This document shows, piece after piece, positions 25,870 through 37,955 of a stretch of 64,000 bases of DNA. The stretch's first letter is position 1. Each line of letters opens with the position of its first letter. The translations under genes and the position numbers were made by a program. The notes under the pieces were generated by a model. The model worked only from the letters and a program-made list of their open reading frames with translations, made no database searches and was not told the origin of the DNA. Origin of the DNA: Camelus ferus (Eukaryota); NCBI RefSeq assembly GCF_009834535.1, contig NC_045696.1:76696001-76760000 (forward strand), read 5' to 3'.

Positions 25870-26295
25870 GTGATGAGTTATGATAACATCAGCTTCTGCA
25901 GTAGATTCAGTTTATCTCTCACTCACTGAACAGTTTAGCGTGGGTGTTCCCAGCGAGGCAGTCGCTTTGCTGAGAAGTGATTCAGGGATTCAGAATTACT
26001 CCATTTGGTGGCTCCACCGTATTTGACATGTGTTTCCAATGTCACCCGGTGCGTGCACGGCCAGAGGAGTGTGGAGAAGGCACGCTGTCTTTTTAACCGT
26101 CTCAGCCAGGAAGCGCCACATTCCTCCTGCTCACATCCCCTTAGTAGGAACAAATCACATGCTACATCTAGATGTGAAGAGGGGCTGGGCGGAGAAGGGG
26201 GAAAGTGTTCCCGGGCTGGCCAGCCATTTCTGTTAACGGCTCTACACTCGGGAAAAGGAGCACAGATACCTGCTGGGCAGCTGTGTTTGCCCCAC
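25870..26295 (-). mobile_element. Old MLT1 (K/L-like) LTR
   Basis: gtgattcagggattcag…tggtggctccacc…ctgctcacatcccctt…aatcacatg…ggggctggg. Confidence 0.65.
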
Positions 26296-26323
26296 GTGCC
26301 TTGGCATTTTTGTGTTCCATCCC

Positions 26324-26889
26324 TGCTGCCTGAAAACTGGGTTCACCTCTTGGTGGGTGTCAAGCCAGTAGACACAACCAAGCCAAAGAGTGGGAGAAAG
26401 AAGGATTTATTGTTACTTAAAGCGAGTAAGGAGAACACTGGGGGTCCTTCCAAAAGCAGTGTCTCCCTGAACAGCAAAACTGAGGAATTTTTAGGCTAAG
26501 AGTATGTTCTTACTTCATGAAGGGGCTTGAGCAGAGGAGACTTCAGTGCAGAACTGGGGCGAAGGTCGGCAGAGTCCAAGTCTTAGGTGACTGAGGTTGG
26601 GAGGGTCGACATCCTCATTTCCTACACTACCTGGGTGGGGACCTGAGTTCCTGCAGAGCTCAGATGTGCTGTTAGGTCAGGTCGACCCCTTGAGGAGGGA
26701 CTGGGACCGGCTTTATCACGGCACTGCTGTTTGACTGCCTTTTCTCTGTTCCTGAATTCCTTTGTTCCCCTACGATCATTAAGGACAAGCACCGTGGCCA
26801 GGCTTAGATCACAAAATGGCTTCTCTTATGTTAAGCAAGCCATTCCTGGTTCTCTTTGTCCAGGGACCCCCTTAACCTATCTGCTTACA
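26324..26889 (-). mobile_element. ERV1 solo LTR
   Basis: TG…CA ends with near-TSD tccc/cccc. Antisense polyA signal tttatt at ~26406, and cacaaaatggc near the U3 end. Confidence 0.75.
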
Positions 26890-27789
26890 CCCCCTCAGAA
26901 ACTGCTCTCCTTAGGATCCCTGGCTGAAAACAGTGATGACAGAGCAGTTGAAGGATTTTAGAACTCTTGCTGGAAGAGTTTGCCATAGTCAAACTGATAG
27001 GTTGTTGAGACACCGTTCATAGAAGAAATATTTTATAAGTGCTTATATACTGTGAGCCTCTGTCTTCATGGTAATGTCTTAAACACTCCCCTCACTGTTT
27101 GGCATCTTATAACTTCAAGCCGAAAGTAAGGAGAAGGGGGAGTGATTTGCATGGAGACTGAGAAGTGAGGCTGCAGAAGGGTATGTTTTAGGACTCTTGT
27201 CCTCTGATCTCTTGCGGTATCTTGGTTGATTCTTAGTCAGCACCAGACTTTCAGTATGTGAAAGTTCCTGTCTGGATCAAGGCCATTGGATTTGAACCAA
27301 CTGGAATGAGTCGCAGATCAGGCAGGCCTCAGACATGTCCAACATGTCTTATCCTTGTTAAGGATCCAACAAATGCACAAATCACATGTACGTAAGGTAA
27401 CACAGGAGGACGGTGGAGGGCCCAGCATTAGTCACATCACCATTCTGTGGTCTTGATTTTGTTTCACAAGATAAAAGGGGAAGCAGTTATTACTAAAAGC
27501 ATTAGCCTAAGGAAGGACAGTGAGGAAGTCTCTGTCCAGGGTAACAGATCTGGCTGAGACTTGTCTCGCTGCTCCGTAACCAATGACCTGGGACAGCATT
27601 TGTCATAGGAGCTTCCTTTTCATCTGCTTCCCAAAATGTGTCTGTTTCTTGGTTATGTTATGAGGCCGTTTTTGGTTGAATGAGTTTTGAGGTTTTAAAA
27701 ATGAGTAAGTTGCCATGTGGCACTTAAAGCTGCAGGTACAAGGGTGGTTTTGGGGAGGGGGAGATGGAGAAGTGTCCAGAAACAGAATG

Positions 27790-27925
27790 ACAGCTACACG
27801 TATTGACGACTAAGTTATTATGTACGCACTCCACACGTTATCTACACTAGTCCCTTTAATCCTCACGTGGAAAAGGAAAATGAGATTCAGCGAGATGACC
27901 TGATCATGGCCACTCAGCTAGTCAG
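27790..27925 (-). mobile_element. MIR fragment
   Basis: tttaatcctcac…ggaaaatgagattcagcgag…ggccactcagctagt. Confidence 0.6.
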
Positions 27926-27927
27926 AA

Positions 27928-28515
27928 TGAGGCAGGAAGCCTCATAAAAAGACCGGCAGGACCCCTAGGCAGGGCCGCTGCTCTCCTCCCAGCACCGTCC
28001 GGTTCCGTAACCCAGAGGCTCTATCTCACTTTTTGCCTCTAAAGCGGCTAACTTACACCTAAAATTCTATTGGTTCCCTGAGCTCATTTCTGATTGGTTA
28101 TTTCCTTCATGCCTGATTGGTTATTACTCTCACTTCTGATTGGTCCACTTCCCTAACTTCTAATTGGCCCATTTGTAGTACTTCATTGGCATAGAGCTCA
28201 CTCCTGATTGGCTAGTTCCCTCACTCCTGATTGGTTATTTCTCTCACTCCTGATTGATCTATTTCTACAAAGCTTGTTCCTGGTTGGTCAACTTCTGATA
28301 TACTTTACTTAACATACGTTGTTGCAAAGTGTAAAACTGGCAGCCTATAAAAGTCCTGTGTAAACCTACAGGTGGGGTCCAGAGCTTGAAGTGTTAACTC
28401 CTCTGGGTATGCTGGCGTAATAAACCTGAGTTCTCCAACTCTCCAAGTGTGCTTGGTCTATTGCAGGGATCCAGGTTGCTGTCACAACTGAGCTGTAACA
28501 CATTTTTCTGCAACA
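27928..28515 (+). mobile_element. ERV solo LTR with periodic inverted-CCAAT array, TATA box and polyA signal
   Basis: TG…CA ends, near-TSD agaa/agag, ATTGG x8, TATAAAA at 28346, AATAAA at 28419, and U5 motif gagctgtaacac. Confidence 0.9.
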
Positions 28516-28848
28516 AGAGGATGAGCCACGGTGTGAACTGGCTCTGAGTTCTAGTCACAGGCTCCACAGCCAAGAGGTGCTCCTGAAGGAGGTGCTGGAG
28601 AAATCTGAGAGGAGATGAAGGAGCATGGATTATCCTGAGTCACAGACTTGCCTTTAATCAAATTAACATCCCTTCCTCGCCAAGACTCATTGCATCCCCT
28701 TCCATAGTGAGGACTCACTGCCATTTACATTCATCCCCGTGACGTTTGTCTGTGGTGTGTAAAGTAAACAGAAGCTGAAAAGCAATCATACTTTCCTGGT
28801 GTTCAATGTCTAAATAGTCTTGTCATTAAAAAAAAAATTACTTACTGC

Positions 28849-28973
28849 TTTTTTTGGAGGGGGGCAGGTAATTAGCTTTCTTCTTATTATTTTTTAATGG
28901 AGATACTGGGGATTGAACCCAGGACCTCGTGCATTCTAAGCATGTGCCCTACCACTGAGCTATTCCCCCCCCC
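28849..28973 (-). mobile_element. Vic-1-type tRNA-Ala-derived camelid SINE
   Basis: The reverse complement has A box TAGCTCAGTGG, B box GGTTCAATCCC, an A-rich tail and ctaattacc. Confidence 0.85.
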
Positions 28974-29654
28974 ACCTTCTCATCTTTTACATGTGCTAGT
29001 GGACGAGAAGGCAGTGGGTCAACATCTTCCCCAGCCTTCACTGTTAAAATGCTCATAGCCAGCTGAGGGTGTGTGCTCCACGTTTTTTCAGCACACCAGT
29101 GGAAAGATAAAAGCTTGCTTTGTAGGACTGTAGCATAAACCCATCCGTAAAGCAAGGGTGCTGGTCACTGTGACTTTCTTGTGAGTGATGGATGGCAGTG
29201 GTGTTTGGGAGCTACTCTGTTACTTGTTTTGAAAGTGTGCAGACCAGCCGAGTTTCACAACCATTAGAAGTACTGGGTTGTTACAATAAATAATCAATAA
29301 AAGATACAACTGCTCTAAGGAACTAGTGGATTTTTAAAAAGGTGGCTTTCTGCCTGCGTGTTGTATGTCAGGTTGCCTTGAAATGATAAATTATTTACCA
29401 GGGAGAGAGGCAAATTAATTCCGTGGGGAAAGGGAGTTTAATTTGTTACCCAGTCATAAAGAGACTGGAAATACCAAACTGTGACTATATCAAGAATTTG
29501 TGTGTTTTAGATCCTTTATTTTGCTTCTCAAAGCGTTGGCCACTGTTCGACCTCTGCCAAGAAGTTCTGCAATTTAGGGAACATTTACATTTTCTAGTTG
29601 CTTTCCATCTGTTTTCAGTCTCAGCCCTCAAGTACTTTGATGAATTCCATAACA

Positions 29655-29815
29655 AATTTAAATTAATTAGAATTTCTAGAGGTATTAGTAAGAGCAGGTT
29701 AAAGATTCAGTTCCTCAGTTGTAATGACCAAGTATCAAGTGTTCACTTGTGCCTGGTGAATACCGAATGAGACAGCCCAGATGAGGAATGCAGCCGTGAC
29801 TTCAGAAGGCTCACC
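29655..29815. mobile_element. MER3/MER33-like hAT-Charlie fragment
   Basis: attcagttcctcagtt…tcaagtgttca…gacagcccagat. Confidence 0.55.
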
Positions 29816-29962
29816 GAATGTCTTGTTGTCTTTGTCCGCCTGTGGAAGGGTGGAGGAGTTGGGCTTTCTTCTGAAAAGTCTTGCCCTGGACATGACACTC
29901 ATCACTTCTGCTCACTTTTGTTGGTGGAAATAAGTCATCTGGGGTCCCATGCAATGGGGCCT

Positions 29963-30525
29963 GGTGTCTTAGTCCATTCAGGCTGCTATCACAAAAATAC
30001 CAGAGACTGGGTGTGTTACACAACAGACTTTTTTTTCTCACAGTTTGAAGTCTGAGAAGTTCAAGATGAAGGTGCCAGCAGATTCTACATTTGGTAAGGG
30101 CCCACTTCTGGAGTCAGAGATGCTGGCTGTCTTCTCAGTGTGTCCTCACATGGTAGAAGAGGTGAGAGAGCTCTCTGGGGTCTGTCTCTCTCTCTCTCTC
30201 TTTTTTTTTTTTGCAGGGGGAAGTAATTAGGTTTGTTCATTTATTTATTGGGGAGGTAGGTAAATAGGTTTATTTACTTATTTATTATGGAGGTTTTGGG
30301 GATTGAACCCAGGACCTCATGCATGCTAGGTATGCCCTCTAACACTGAGCTCTACCCTCCCCACTCTGGGGTCTTTTTTATAAGGACACTAATGCCATTC
30401 TTGAGAGCCATGCCCCCATGATCCGATCATATCTCAAAGGCCCCACCTCCAAATACTATCACATTAGGGGATAGGTTTCAACATATGAATTTTGAGCAAG
30501 GACACCAATAGTCAGCCTACAGCAC
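29963..30525 (-). mobile_element. MLT1A-type LTR interrupted by a SINE
   Basis: tgtcttagtccattcaggctgctat…aaggtgccagcagatt…aaaggccccacctccaaatactatcacatt. Confidence 0.9.
30184..30363 (-). mobile_element. Vic-1-type SINE with TSD
   Basis: tRNA-Ala-like head (AGC loop, B box GGTTCAATCCC). 11-bp TSD ctctggggtct at 30173-30183 and 30364-30374. Confidence 0.9.
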
Positions 30526-30639
30526 CTGAGTAGCTACAGTTCTATACCGTGTTCAACAAGGACTGAGTTTTACCAGGCCATAGCCATTGCCACCGTAGTA
30601 GACAAATATAATAATGCAAGTATGGCCCACAGGGAAAGT

Positions 30640-31060
30640 CTTTGAAAATAGGCTTAGATTCAAGTCCTGCTTCTGCCACTTTGAAACTAGCATTGGGTAA
30701 GTGGGATACCCTGACTTGACTGTCTCATTTTTAAAAGGTGGGGAGGGATAAATTAGGGGTTGGGGATTAACAGACACACATTATTATATATAAAATAGAT
30801 AAACGACAAGGACCTACCGTGTATAGCACAGGGAACTATTTTCAATTTCTTGTAATAACATATAATAGGAAAGAATCTGAAAATAAAAAATATGTATGTA
30901 TGTGTATGTATAACCGAATCACTTTGCTGTACACCTGAAACTAACATTGTAGATCAACTACACTTCAGTAAACATTAAAAAAAAAAGGCAACAATGATAA
31001 TACCTAATTCCTAGGACCTTTGTCAGGATTAAATATTGAAATGTGTATAATGTAGAAATG
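30640..31060 (+). mobile_element. MIR split by a young L1 3' end (L1 at ~30738-30986, plus strand)
   Basis: MIR halves gattcaagtcctgcttctgccact and gataataccta…tgtcaggattaaat flank the L1 tail tatagcacagggaactat…ctttgctgtacacctgaaactaac…poly(A). Confidence 0.85.
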
Positions 31061-31129
31061 CAAATGTGCTTTAAAGTTTAAATATATGTGTGTGTGCACG
31101 TGTACACACACACACACGTGATTGATTGC

Positions 31130-31494
31130 ATCACTGACCACAGTTCTCCCTGCCGCCTTGATTTCTGCTATGTGACTTTGCAGTATAATTTTCTGCTCCT
31201 TGAATCTGGGTTGGCCTTGTGACTTGTTTTGGCCAATGCGATGAGGTGGAAGTGTCCCCGTGCCAGTTCTGAGAATCCTTGTGGGTTGCCACCAGAAAAA
31301 AGTCCACTTAGGGTAGCCTGCTGGTCCCAGGAGGTTGATGGACACATGGAAGAGTGGTACAAGTTGGCCCTGCTTTGACCAGCAGCTGAGAGCACTTCAG
31401 CCCTGAGCAGACCCATGATCTAAGTACTTACTGTTGTATGGCAAGGAGGTATTGTTGTTGCTTGTGATAATATACAGCGGTAGTAAACAACTAC
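31130..31494 (+). mobile_element. MLT1F/G/H-like LTR
   Basis: atgtgactttgcag…ccttgaatctgggttggccttgtgacttgttttggccaat…tgccagttctgag. Confidence 0.8.
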
Positions 31495-31734
31495 AACTAG
31501 CTTGTCTATATCTATTCACTTGAACAACGTTTAACAGTTAATACAATCAATCTGAAACAGTAAGTGTCAGTAAAGAAGAAGTTTGGCTTAAATTAAAAAA
31601 TATTTTTTAAATGCCTTGTGTGCTTCATATAGTAACAGAAAAGGAGTAGTAACTAGCAATAACAATTGGGATGAGATAAAACAATGAAGAGAAAAATAGT
31701 TACAGGAGTAATGCTTTTTTTTTGCTTATATTTT

Positions 31735-32803
31735 GACTTTTTTATTGACGTGCAGTCAATTCACAGTATTGTGTTTCAGGTGTACAGCATAGTGATTCTT
31801 TTTTTTTTTTTTCAGACTATATTCCATTATAGGTTATTACAAGATATTTGGCATCTGTTAACCCCGTATTCCTGATTTGTCTCTCCCTACTTTCCTCTCC
31901 CCTTTGGTAACCATAGGTTTGTTTTCTATGTCTGCAAGTCTGTTTCTGTTTGACATGTAGATTCATTTGTATTATTTTTTAGATTCCATATATAAGTGCT
32001 ATATAGTATTTTTCTTTGGCTTATTTCACTAAGCGTAATATTTTCTAGGTCCATCCATGTTGTTGCAAATGGCGAGATTTCATTCTTTATGACTAATATT
32101 CCGTGTGTATATATATTATCACATCTTCTTAAGCCAATCATCTGTTGATGGGCACTTGGGTTGCTTCCATGTCATGGTTATTGTAAATAGTGATGCTTCG
32201 AACATTGGGTTGCATGTATTTTTTTTCAAGTTATAGTTTTCTTTTTTTTTTTCCTGGATAGATACCCAGGAGTGGAATTGCTGGGTCATATGGTAGTTCT
32301 ATTTTTAGTTTTTTTGAGAAACCTCTGTATTGTTTTCGGTAGTGGTTGTACCAACTTATATTCCTACCAAATAGTGTAGAAGGTTACCTTTTCTCCATAC
32401 CTTCTCCAGCATTTATTATTTGTAGATTTTTTCGGTGACAGCCATTCTCACAGGTGTGAGGTGATACCTTATTGTGGTTTTGATTTGCATTTCTGATAAT
32501 TAGTGATTTGAGCATCTTTTCTTGTGTCAGCTATCTGTATCTGTTCTTTGGAAAAATGTTTAAGTCTTCTGTCCATTTTTTGATTGGGTTGTTTATTTTA
32601 TTTTTTTGATACTGAGTTGTAGGAGCTGTTTGTTTATTTTGGATATTAACCCTTTGTCAGTCACATTATTTGCAAATATTATCTCCCATTTTGTACTTTG
32701 TGTTTTCATTTTGTTGATGGTTTCTTATGCTGTGCAGAAGCTTTTCCGTTTGATTAGGTCCCATTTCTTTATTTTTGCTTTTATTTCTTTTTCCTTGGGA
32801 GAC
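31735..32803 (-). mobile_element. L1 3' ~1.1 kb (artiodactyl-type)
   Basis: ORF2 C-terminus KNEISPFATTWMDLENITLSEISQ (31926-32141, minus) plus the 3' UTR. Confidence 0.95.
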
Positions 32804-32811
32804 TATGTGAT

Positions 32812-33004
32812 CAATGATTTTTGACAAAGGGCTAGATAGTAAATATTTTCAACTTTGCAACTTCTCAGCTCTGCCTTTGTGGTGTGAAAGCAGCCATAGA
32901 TCATATGTAGACAAATGAGTGTAACTGTTTCAATAAAAAACTTTATTTACAAAAACAGGCAGCAGACCAGATTTGACCCACAAGCCATTGTTTGTGGACT
33001 TCTG
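32812..33004. mobile_element. MER58A (hAT-Charlie)
   Basis: aaagggctagatagtaaatatttt…gtgtgaaagcagccataga…actttatttacaaaaacaggc. Confidence 0.9.
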
Positions 33005-34013
33005 CGCTTAGGCACACTAATTATTGGTTTGGAAATAAATACATTCACACCTATGCTTCATTCTGTGTACTGTAAACAAAGTATGAAGTCACAAAAAGAA
33101 TACAAAATCATAGGACATAAGAAAGGATCGTTATTCTGGTTGTAAAGGGCTACAAGGCTAGAGCTACAGCTGGGTTTAATGAGATTGTCTAATTTAAGTC
33201 TTTAGCCTAATGCTTGGCACACAGGACGCACACAGAACATGCTCTAAGACTGTGAATTATATGAATAAGGGAGCAATATAAAAATATTATCTACAAGCTG
33301 ATGGGTTTAATTATATAAATATAAAATCCCTCAAATATCTATTCAGGAAAAATCAGTTAAACTTAGATAAAATGAAAATCATAAAAGAGAAGCAGCTCTG
33401 TAAATATATTCCTCTGGCCTCATCATCCCAAATGACCACTGAGGCCCTATCCCACTATCAAGAAGTTCACTCTTTTACCCTTTGGAGTTCCTTCATCAGT
33501 GGGTTTACTCTGTCCAAGACATTAGTCTTCAACATGTTGACTTCTTGGGAAGAAAACTGAAAAAAAATCTAACCAGTCTCTAATAAGACCTGATGTTGCT
33601 GCTACGGGGGGTCATGGGGGATTCTGCTGTTTGCTTCATATCACATGGTGTCTGATGTGGCAGGTGACTTCAGTGTGGATGGTTGCAGAGTGTGGGCGAG
33701 CTCCCTTCGTACCGGCTACGACCCCGCTGCCACAGAGCAGCCGCGACACTGCTGTCAGGGGTCGGGGAGCATGGGACTGGGGCAGGGGGCATCTGGGGGT
33801 TCTGCCCTCCTCAGTCTGCCTCCAAAGGCCATGCTCTTTCTGTTATGTTCTTATCTTTCCCAACATCTGTTTGAAGTATGCCCCTGCCCCACTCCTCCTC
33901 TCACCATCTTTCTGGTCCTACAGTTTGTTACTCAAGCCTCCTTCCAGACATTTTTGAACAGCCCAACATGTGGCTTCCTGAAGCTCTGGCTGTTCAGAGT
34001 TACTCCAGGTCAC

Positions 34014-34540
34014 TGTGATGGTTAATTTTACTTGTAACTTGAGTGGGTTAAAGGATGCCCATACACCAGAATAAACATTATCTTTGGTTGTGTCTGTGAG
34101 GGTGTTTCTGGAAGAGATGAATATTAGATTCAGTTGACTGAGTAAAGCAGGTGGCCCTCACCAGTGTGGGGGGCACCATCCCATCTGTTGGGGGCTTGAA
34201 TAGAAAAAAACGGTGGAGGAATTCTCTTTCACTTTGAGTTAGGTCATTCCTCTTCTGCCTTTGGACATTGGAGTTGCTGGTTCTTGGGCCTTCAGACTCT
34301 GAGGTTTACCCTCTACTCCTCGCCTAGACTGGGAGTTACAGCGTTGGCTCCCCTTGCTTCTCAGGCCTACGACTTGGACTGAACGACTACCTGCTTCTCC
34401 AGCTTGCAGACTGCAGTTTGTGCAGGTTGCGGGACTCTTGGCTTCTATAATTGAATCAGCCAATTCCTGTAATAAATTTCCTCTTGTACGTCTCTCTCTC
34501 TATATCCTACTGGTTCTGTTTCTCTGGACACATTACTACG
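34014..34540 (+). mobile_element. MLT2B-like ERVL LTR
   Basis: tgtgatggttaatttta…tgtgtctgtgagggtgtttctggaagagat…tatatcctactggttctgtttctctgga. Confidence 0.9.
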
Positions 34541-35067
34541 TAAATATTATGAATAAAGCATTAATATTAATAATGTAAAATGAACGGAACTCTATAGAGA
34601 CAACATTGAAAATCCACTGAACAACTGATTAAATACAAAAATTCTTAATCCTTCGTATCCCCTGCGGGATAAAATGCAGTTTCTGGCCTTTCCTCTTTCG
34701 CTCAGCTCCGTTTTATGGCCCCTTAAAGCTGAGCTTGGGAGAAAGCGGTGAGTTGGTATGCCTGCCAAAAGAGGAACTTTGCAACTAACAAATGCCTCAG
34801 GCCTCTAGCCAGAGATCGGCTACTGGTTAAAAACCTTTGACTAAACTGTTCATTTTTTTAAAGAAATTTAAGTGCCAGTTCTAATAAAACCCCAGAGAAA
34901 TAAGCTTTGATCGGCGACATTTATCAAATGGACCATAAACAGTTGGAGGAGTAGGACTTTGAGGAGCTATACAAGGTGATAGTTGTACTCAGTGGTTTTA
35001 AAAGAAACAACCTTTCCCCCTCCCTAGTAATAAATTTTCTTTGTATGAAAGAAGAAAACACAAGGAA

Positions 35068-35298
35068 GTGGTAGGTTAAGAGTCTGGGCTCGGAAGTCAG
35101 ATAAGCAGAGTTAAATCCCAGCCCTGCCACTTACCAGCGTGACCTTAGGTAAGTGTGTTAACCTTTCTAAACCTCAGGTTCCTCATTTGAAAAGAGGGAA
35201 ATAATAGTGTCTCTCTCAGGGGGTTTCTGTGAATATTAGACAAAGTCATGCTTGCAAAGTGCTTAGCATGCAAAGTGAACACTCAATTAAAGTCAGTT
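35068..35298 (+). mobile_element. MIR, near full length
   Basis: gtggtaggttaagag…aatcccagccctgccacttaccagc…aacctcaggttcctcatttg…aaagtgcttagc. Confidence 0.9.
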
Positions 35299-37744
35299 AC
35301 ATTTTTATAACCCATGATCCCGCCACTTAGGGATCGCTGCTGCTAACATTTTGATGTATAGGGTGGCCTAATTATCTGAGTATTTATTTTGAGAGTCTCA
35401 GTAGTTACAGGGTTGTTTGAATATAGCAGCGTAAAAAAATTCACTGACTGACCCGTTATAAGATGTCTGCTCTTAGACGTCTTTCCCTGCTTAATCCGTA
35501 TGTCCAGCCACCCAGGGTGTGAATGCCCGATGTTCCAGTGCAACAAGAAGACAAATTGAAATGTGAAACTACAAATGTTACAGGAGATGTGGGATTTCAC
35601 GTAAGCGCGTTTGGGAGACTTAAACTGAGAAATGAGGATCTGGCAGAGTGAGACCAGTTAACAACTGAAGAATGGAAAATCAGCTGTGGTAGTGGCCTGA
35701 GAGGCCCTTTGAAAGTGAGCGATTTGAATATGAAAGGACTTAGAGAGGCCCTTAGGAGAATTGAAGCCCTCAAATATTTCTGCAAAAGAGACTCTTTAAT
35801 CTTGCTTTTTAGACATGAGCTAATTTTGCTAGATGCTTTTTCAAGACGGAATCTTTCTTCACTGGAGTTGTATCTTGCTAAGCCCGTGGCCATCAAAGTG
35901 TGACCTTTAGAGTGGATTCTCCAACGTAAACAAATCCTGTAAACAGTGATTTAGAAGAAATCGAGGTCTTTGGTGATATTTTTGTCGTCCCCTTATTCCA
36001 GAGGCCTTATGTAACAAACAGGATTGTTGACACTGCAGAAACACAGCTAATTTTTTTTAAAAGATGAGGTCTCTTTGCTTTTTTGGGGGGCAGTCTTTAG
36101 AGAGTTTGTGGTAGCAGAGCTCTGTTTTTAGTAGTAGATCCCATTGGGAAGCTGATGACAGTTAATTTTGCTCGTCTCTGAAAGATGAACACTTGTGTCT
36201 ACCATGAAAATTTTCAGTTTGAAGGGCAGGCCAATGAAATCCATGTGTAGATCAGAGTTTAAGAAACCACATATTATTTTATTTCAATATCTGAAAGTAT
36301 TTATGTATTCCTAAACTTAGACTTGTGTGGGCTTTAATTCAATTCATACGTTAGTGAACATTTGCTCTTTGCCTACATCTGTAGGAGACAAAGGAGAAAT
36401 ATTGGACACAGCTCCTGAGTTTCAGCTAAACCAAGGGAACGCCCAGAGTGTGCAGACAGGACATCAAGAAGTAGAAAGGCACTGCCAGTCTGTGCAGGCA
36501 AAGGGTTAGCCCGAAATGCAATCTACAGAAGGTATTTAGGAACCATTCTATAGTGTGGGGAGCTAAGGGCAGGCGCCCTACTCGAGCCTTTATCCAGATC
36601 AAGATCTGGAGAAGTGTGCGGTGCAGAAACACAGATCAGAGAAAAAGGAAGGCCCTCAAGTCAAGAACTTCTTCCATCGTCTCATTGGAGGCCAGACTGA
36701 TCTCAAGTTTATAAAGAGCTGGCCTGATCAGGCAGCCTACTCATCCGTCTGCTCAGTCTAGGCACCCAGGTGGCGATTACAACTGTCATGGGCGTCTACC
36801 TTGTTAAATGTGCCTGAAAAAGTTCTTAACTTTGTAGTGAAAGTAAAAAGTGAGTGAGGGTATATAATCCCAAAATCAGTGTTGTTGACTGAAACAGCAC
36901 ACCCATACCTGTCTACACACACACAGGAGTTAAACGCACTCGGCAGGGTAGCTCCTGGCTGGTGCCGGTGTTCCTTGCGAGTTCCTCCTCACTAAGAGAT
37001 TGCAGAAGCCATCAGCCCGGTGGCAGCAACTATTTCCACACAAGTTCTGGAAGGTGCAGCTGTCCTTACTAGAAATTCACTGTGCAAAACGCAGTGACAT
37101 GAGTTCTCCCTCCTGTGGCTCGTGGGGTCTTGCAGGCCATCTTAGCTTCTAGCAGGAAAAGGACTGACTGTTACTTAGAAGAATCCTTCTATGTGGTTAG
37201 TGTCTCCTTCTCTTTCTTTGTCCACCGTCTACTTTTTCTACTTGGAGTAGCAAAAGTTAAAAGGATTCGGCTTGCTGCCTTGCCAAAATTTTGCTGTGCA
37301 AGCCTATTTGATCTTCAGTACAAACGGACCCCCCCTACAGGTGAGCGCAGACACATCAGGCTTGGCTGAGATGAGGAAGCCCGAGAGGAACTGAAGACAA
37401 GACTGGCATACGATTAGAAGCCAGCATAAGAGTTCATGACCAAACCCTTGATTATGGGATAATGGAAGATGAGCAGAATCAAGCGGGAAGGCTTTGTAAC
37501 AAAGTGAGACGCAAGTTTTGAAGTCTCTGTGATCATCATCTGAATTTGAAAGATGTGCTGAATGTAGGAAGGAGAAAGGAGGACAGAGGAATCCTGTTTC
37601 CTGGGAAGGCAGTGGGAGGCAAAGCAAAGAGCATGGGGCTAACAGTTCCTTTAATTGCACTAATATTTATTGTGAGCCTACTATGTGCAGGCTCTGTTCT
37701 GAGTCTAGGTCCAGAGTTGTGCACCCAAGTCCCTGCCCCTTAGC

Positions 37745-37955
37745 GGGCACATGTGCTCGTGTCAGACTTGTGTTTGAACCTAGCTCTACAAACTGTCCTC
37801 GGGGAGAAAACTTCTCAACCTCTTTGAGCTGCAATTTCCTTGTCTGCACAACCAAATTAGACTAATTGCTTCAGTTCGGTTAGGAGCAGAGTAAGTCGGA
37901 TAATGTAAGGGAATCACTTAATAAGCTATAACATTCAATGCAAATTTTAGTTACT
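37745..37955 (+). mobile_element. MIR
   Basis: gtcagacttgtgtttgaacctagctcta…aacctctttgagctgcaatttccttgtctg. Confidence 0.75.

Noticed and set aside
28060..28290. CRISPR-like regularly spaced repeats
   Set aside because: The ~23-bp units are degenerate tandem repeats without unique spacers, they lie inside a mammalian LTR, and there are no cas genes.
28900..28973. tRNA-Ala gene
   Set aside because: It has an A-rich SINE tail, no proper acceptor stem and a mutated anticodon loop, and a second copy with a TSD lies at 30.3 kb. It is a SINE head.
36593..36610. 8-bp inverted repeat tccagatc-aa-gatctgga
   Set aside because: It is too short to exceed chance expectation in 64 kb.
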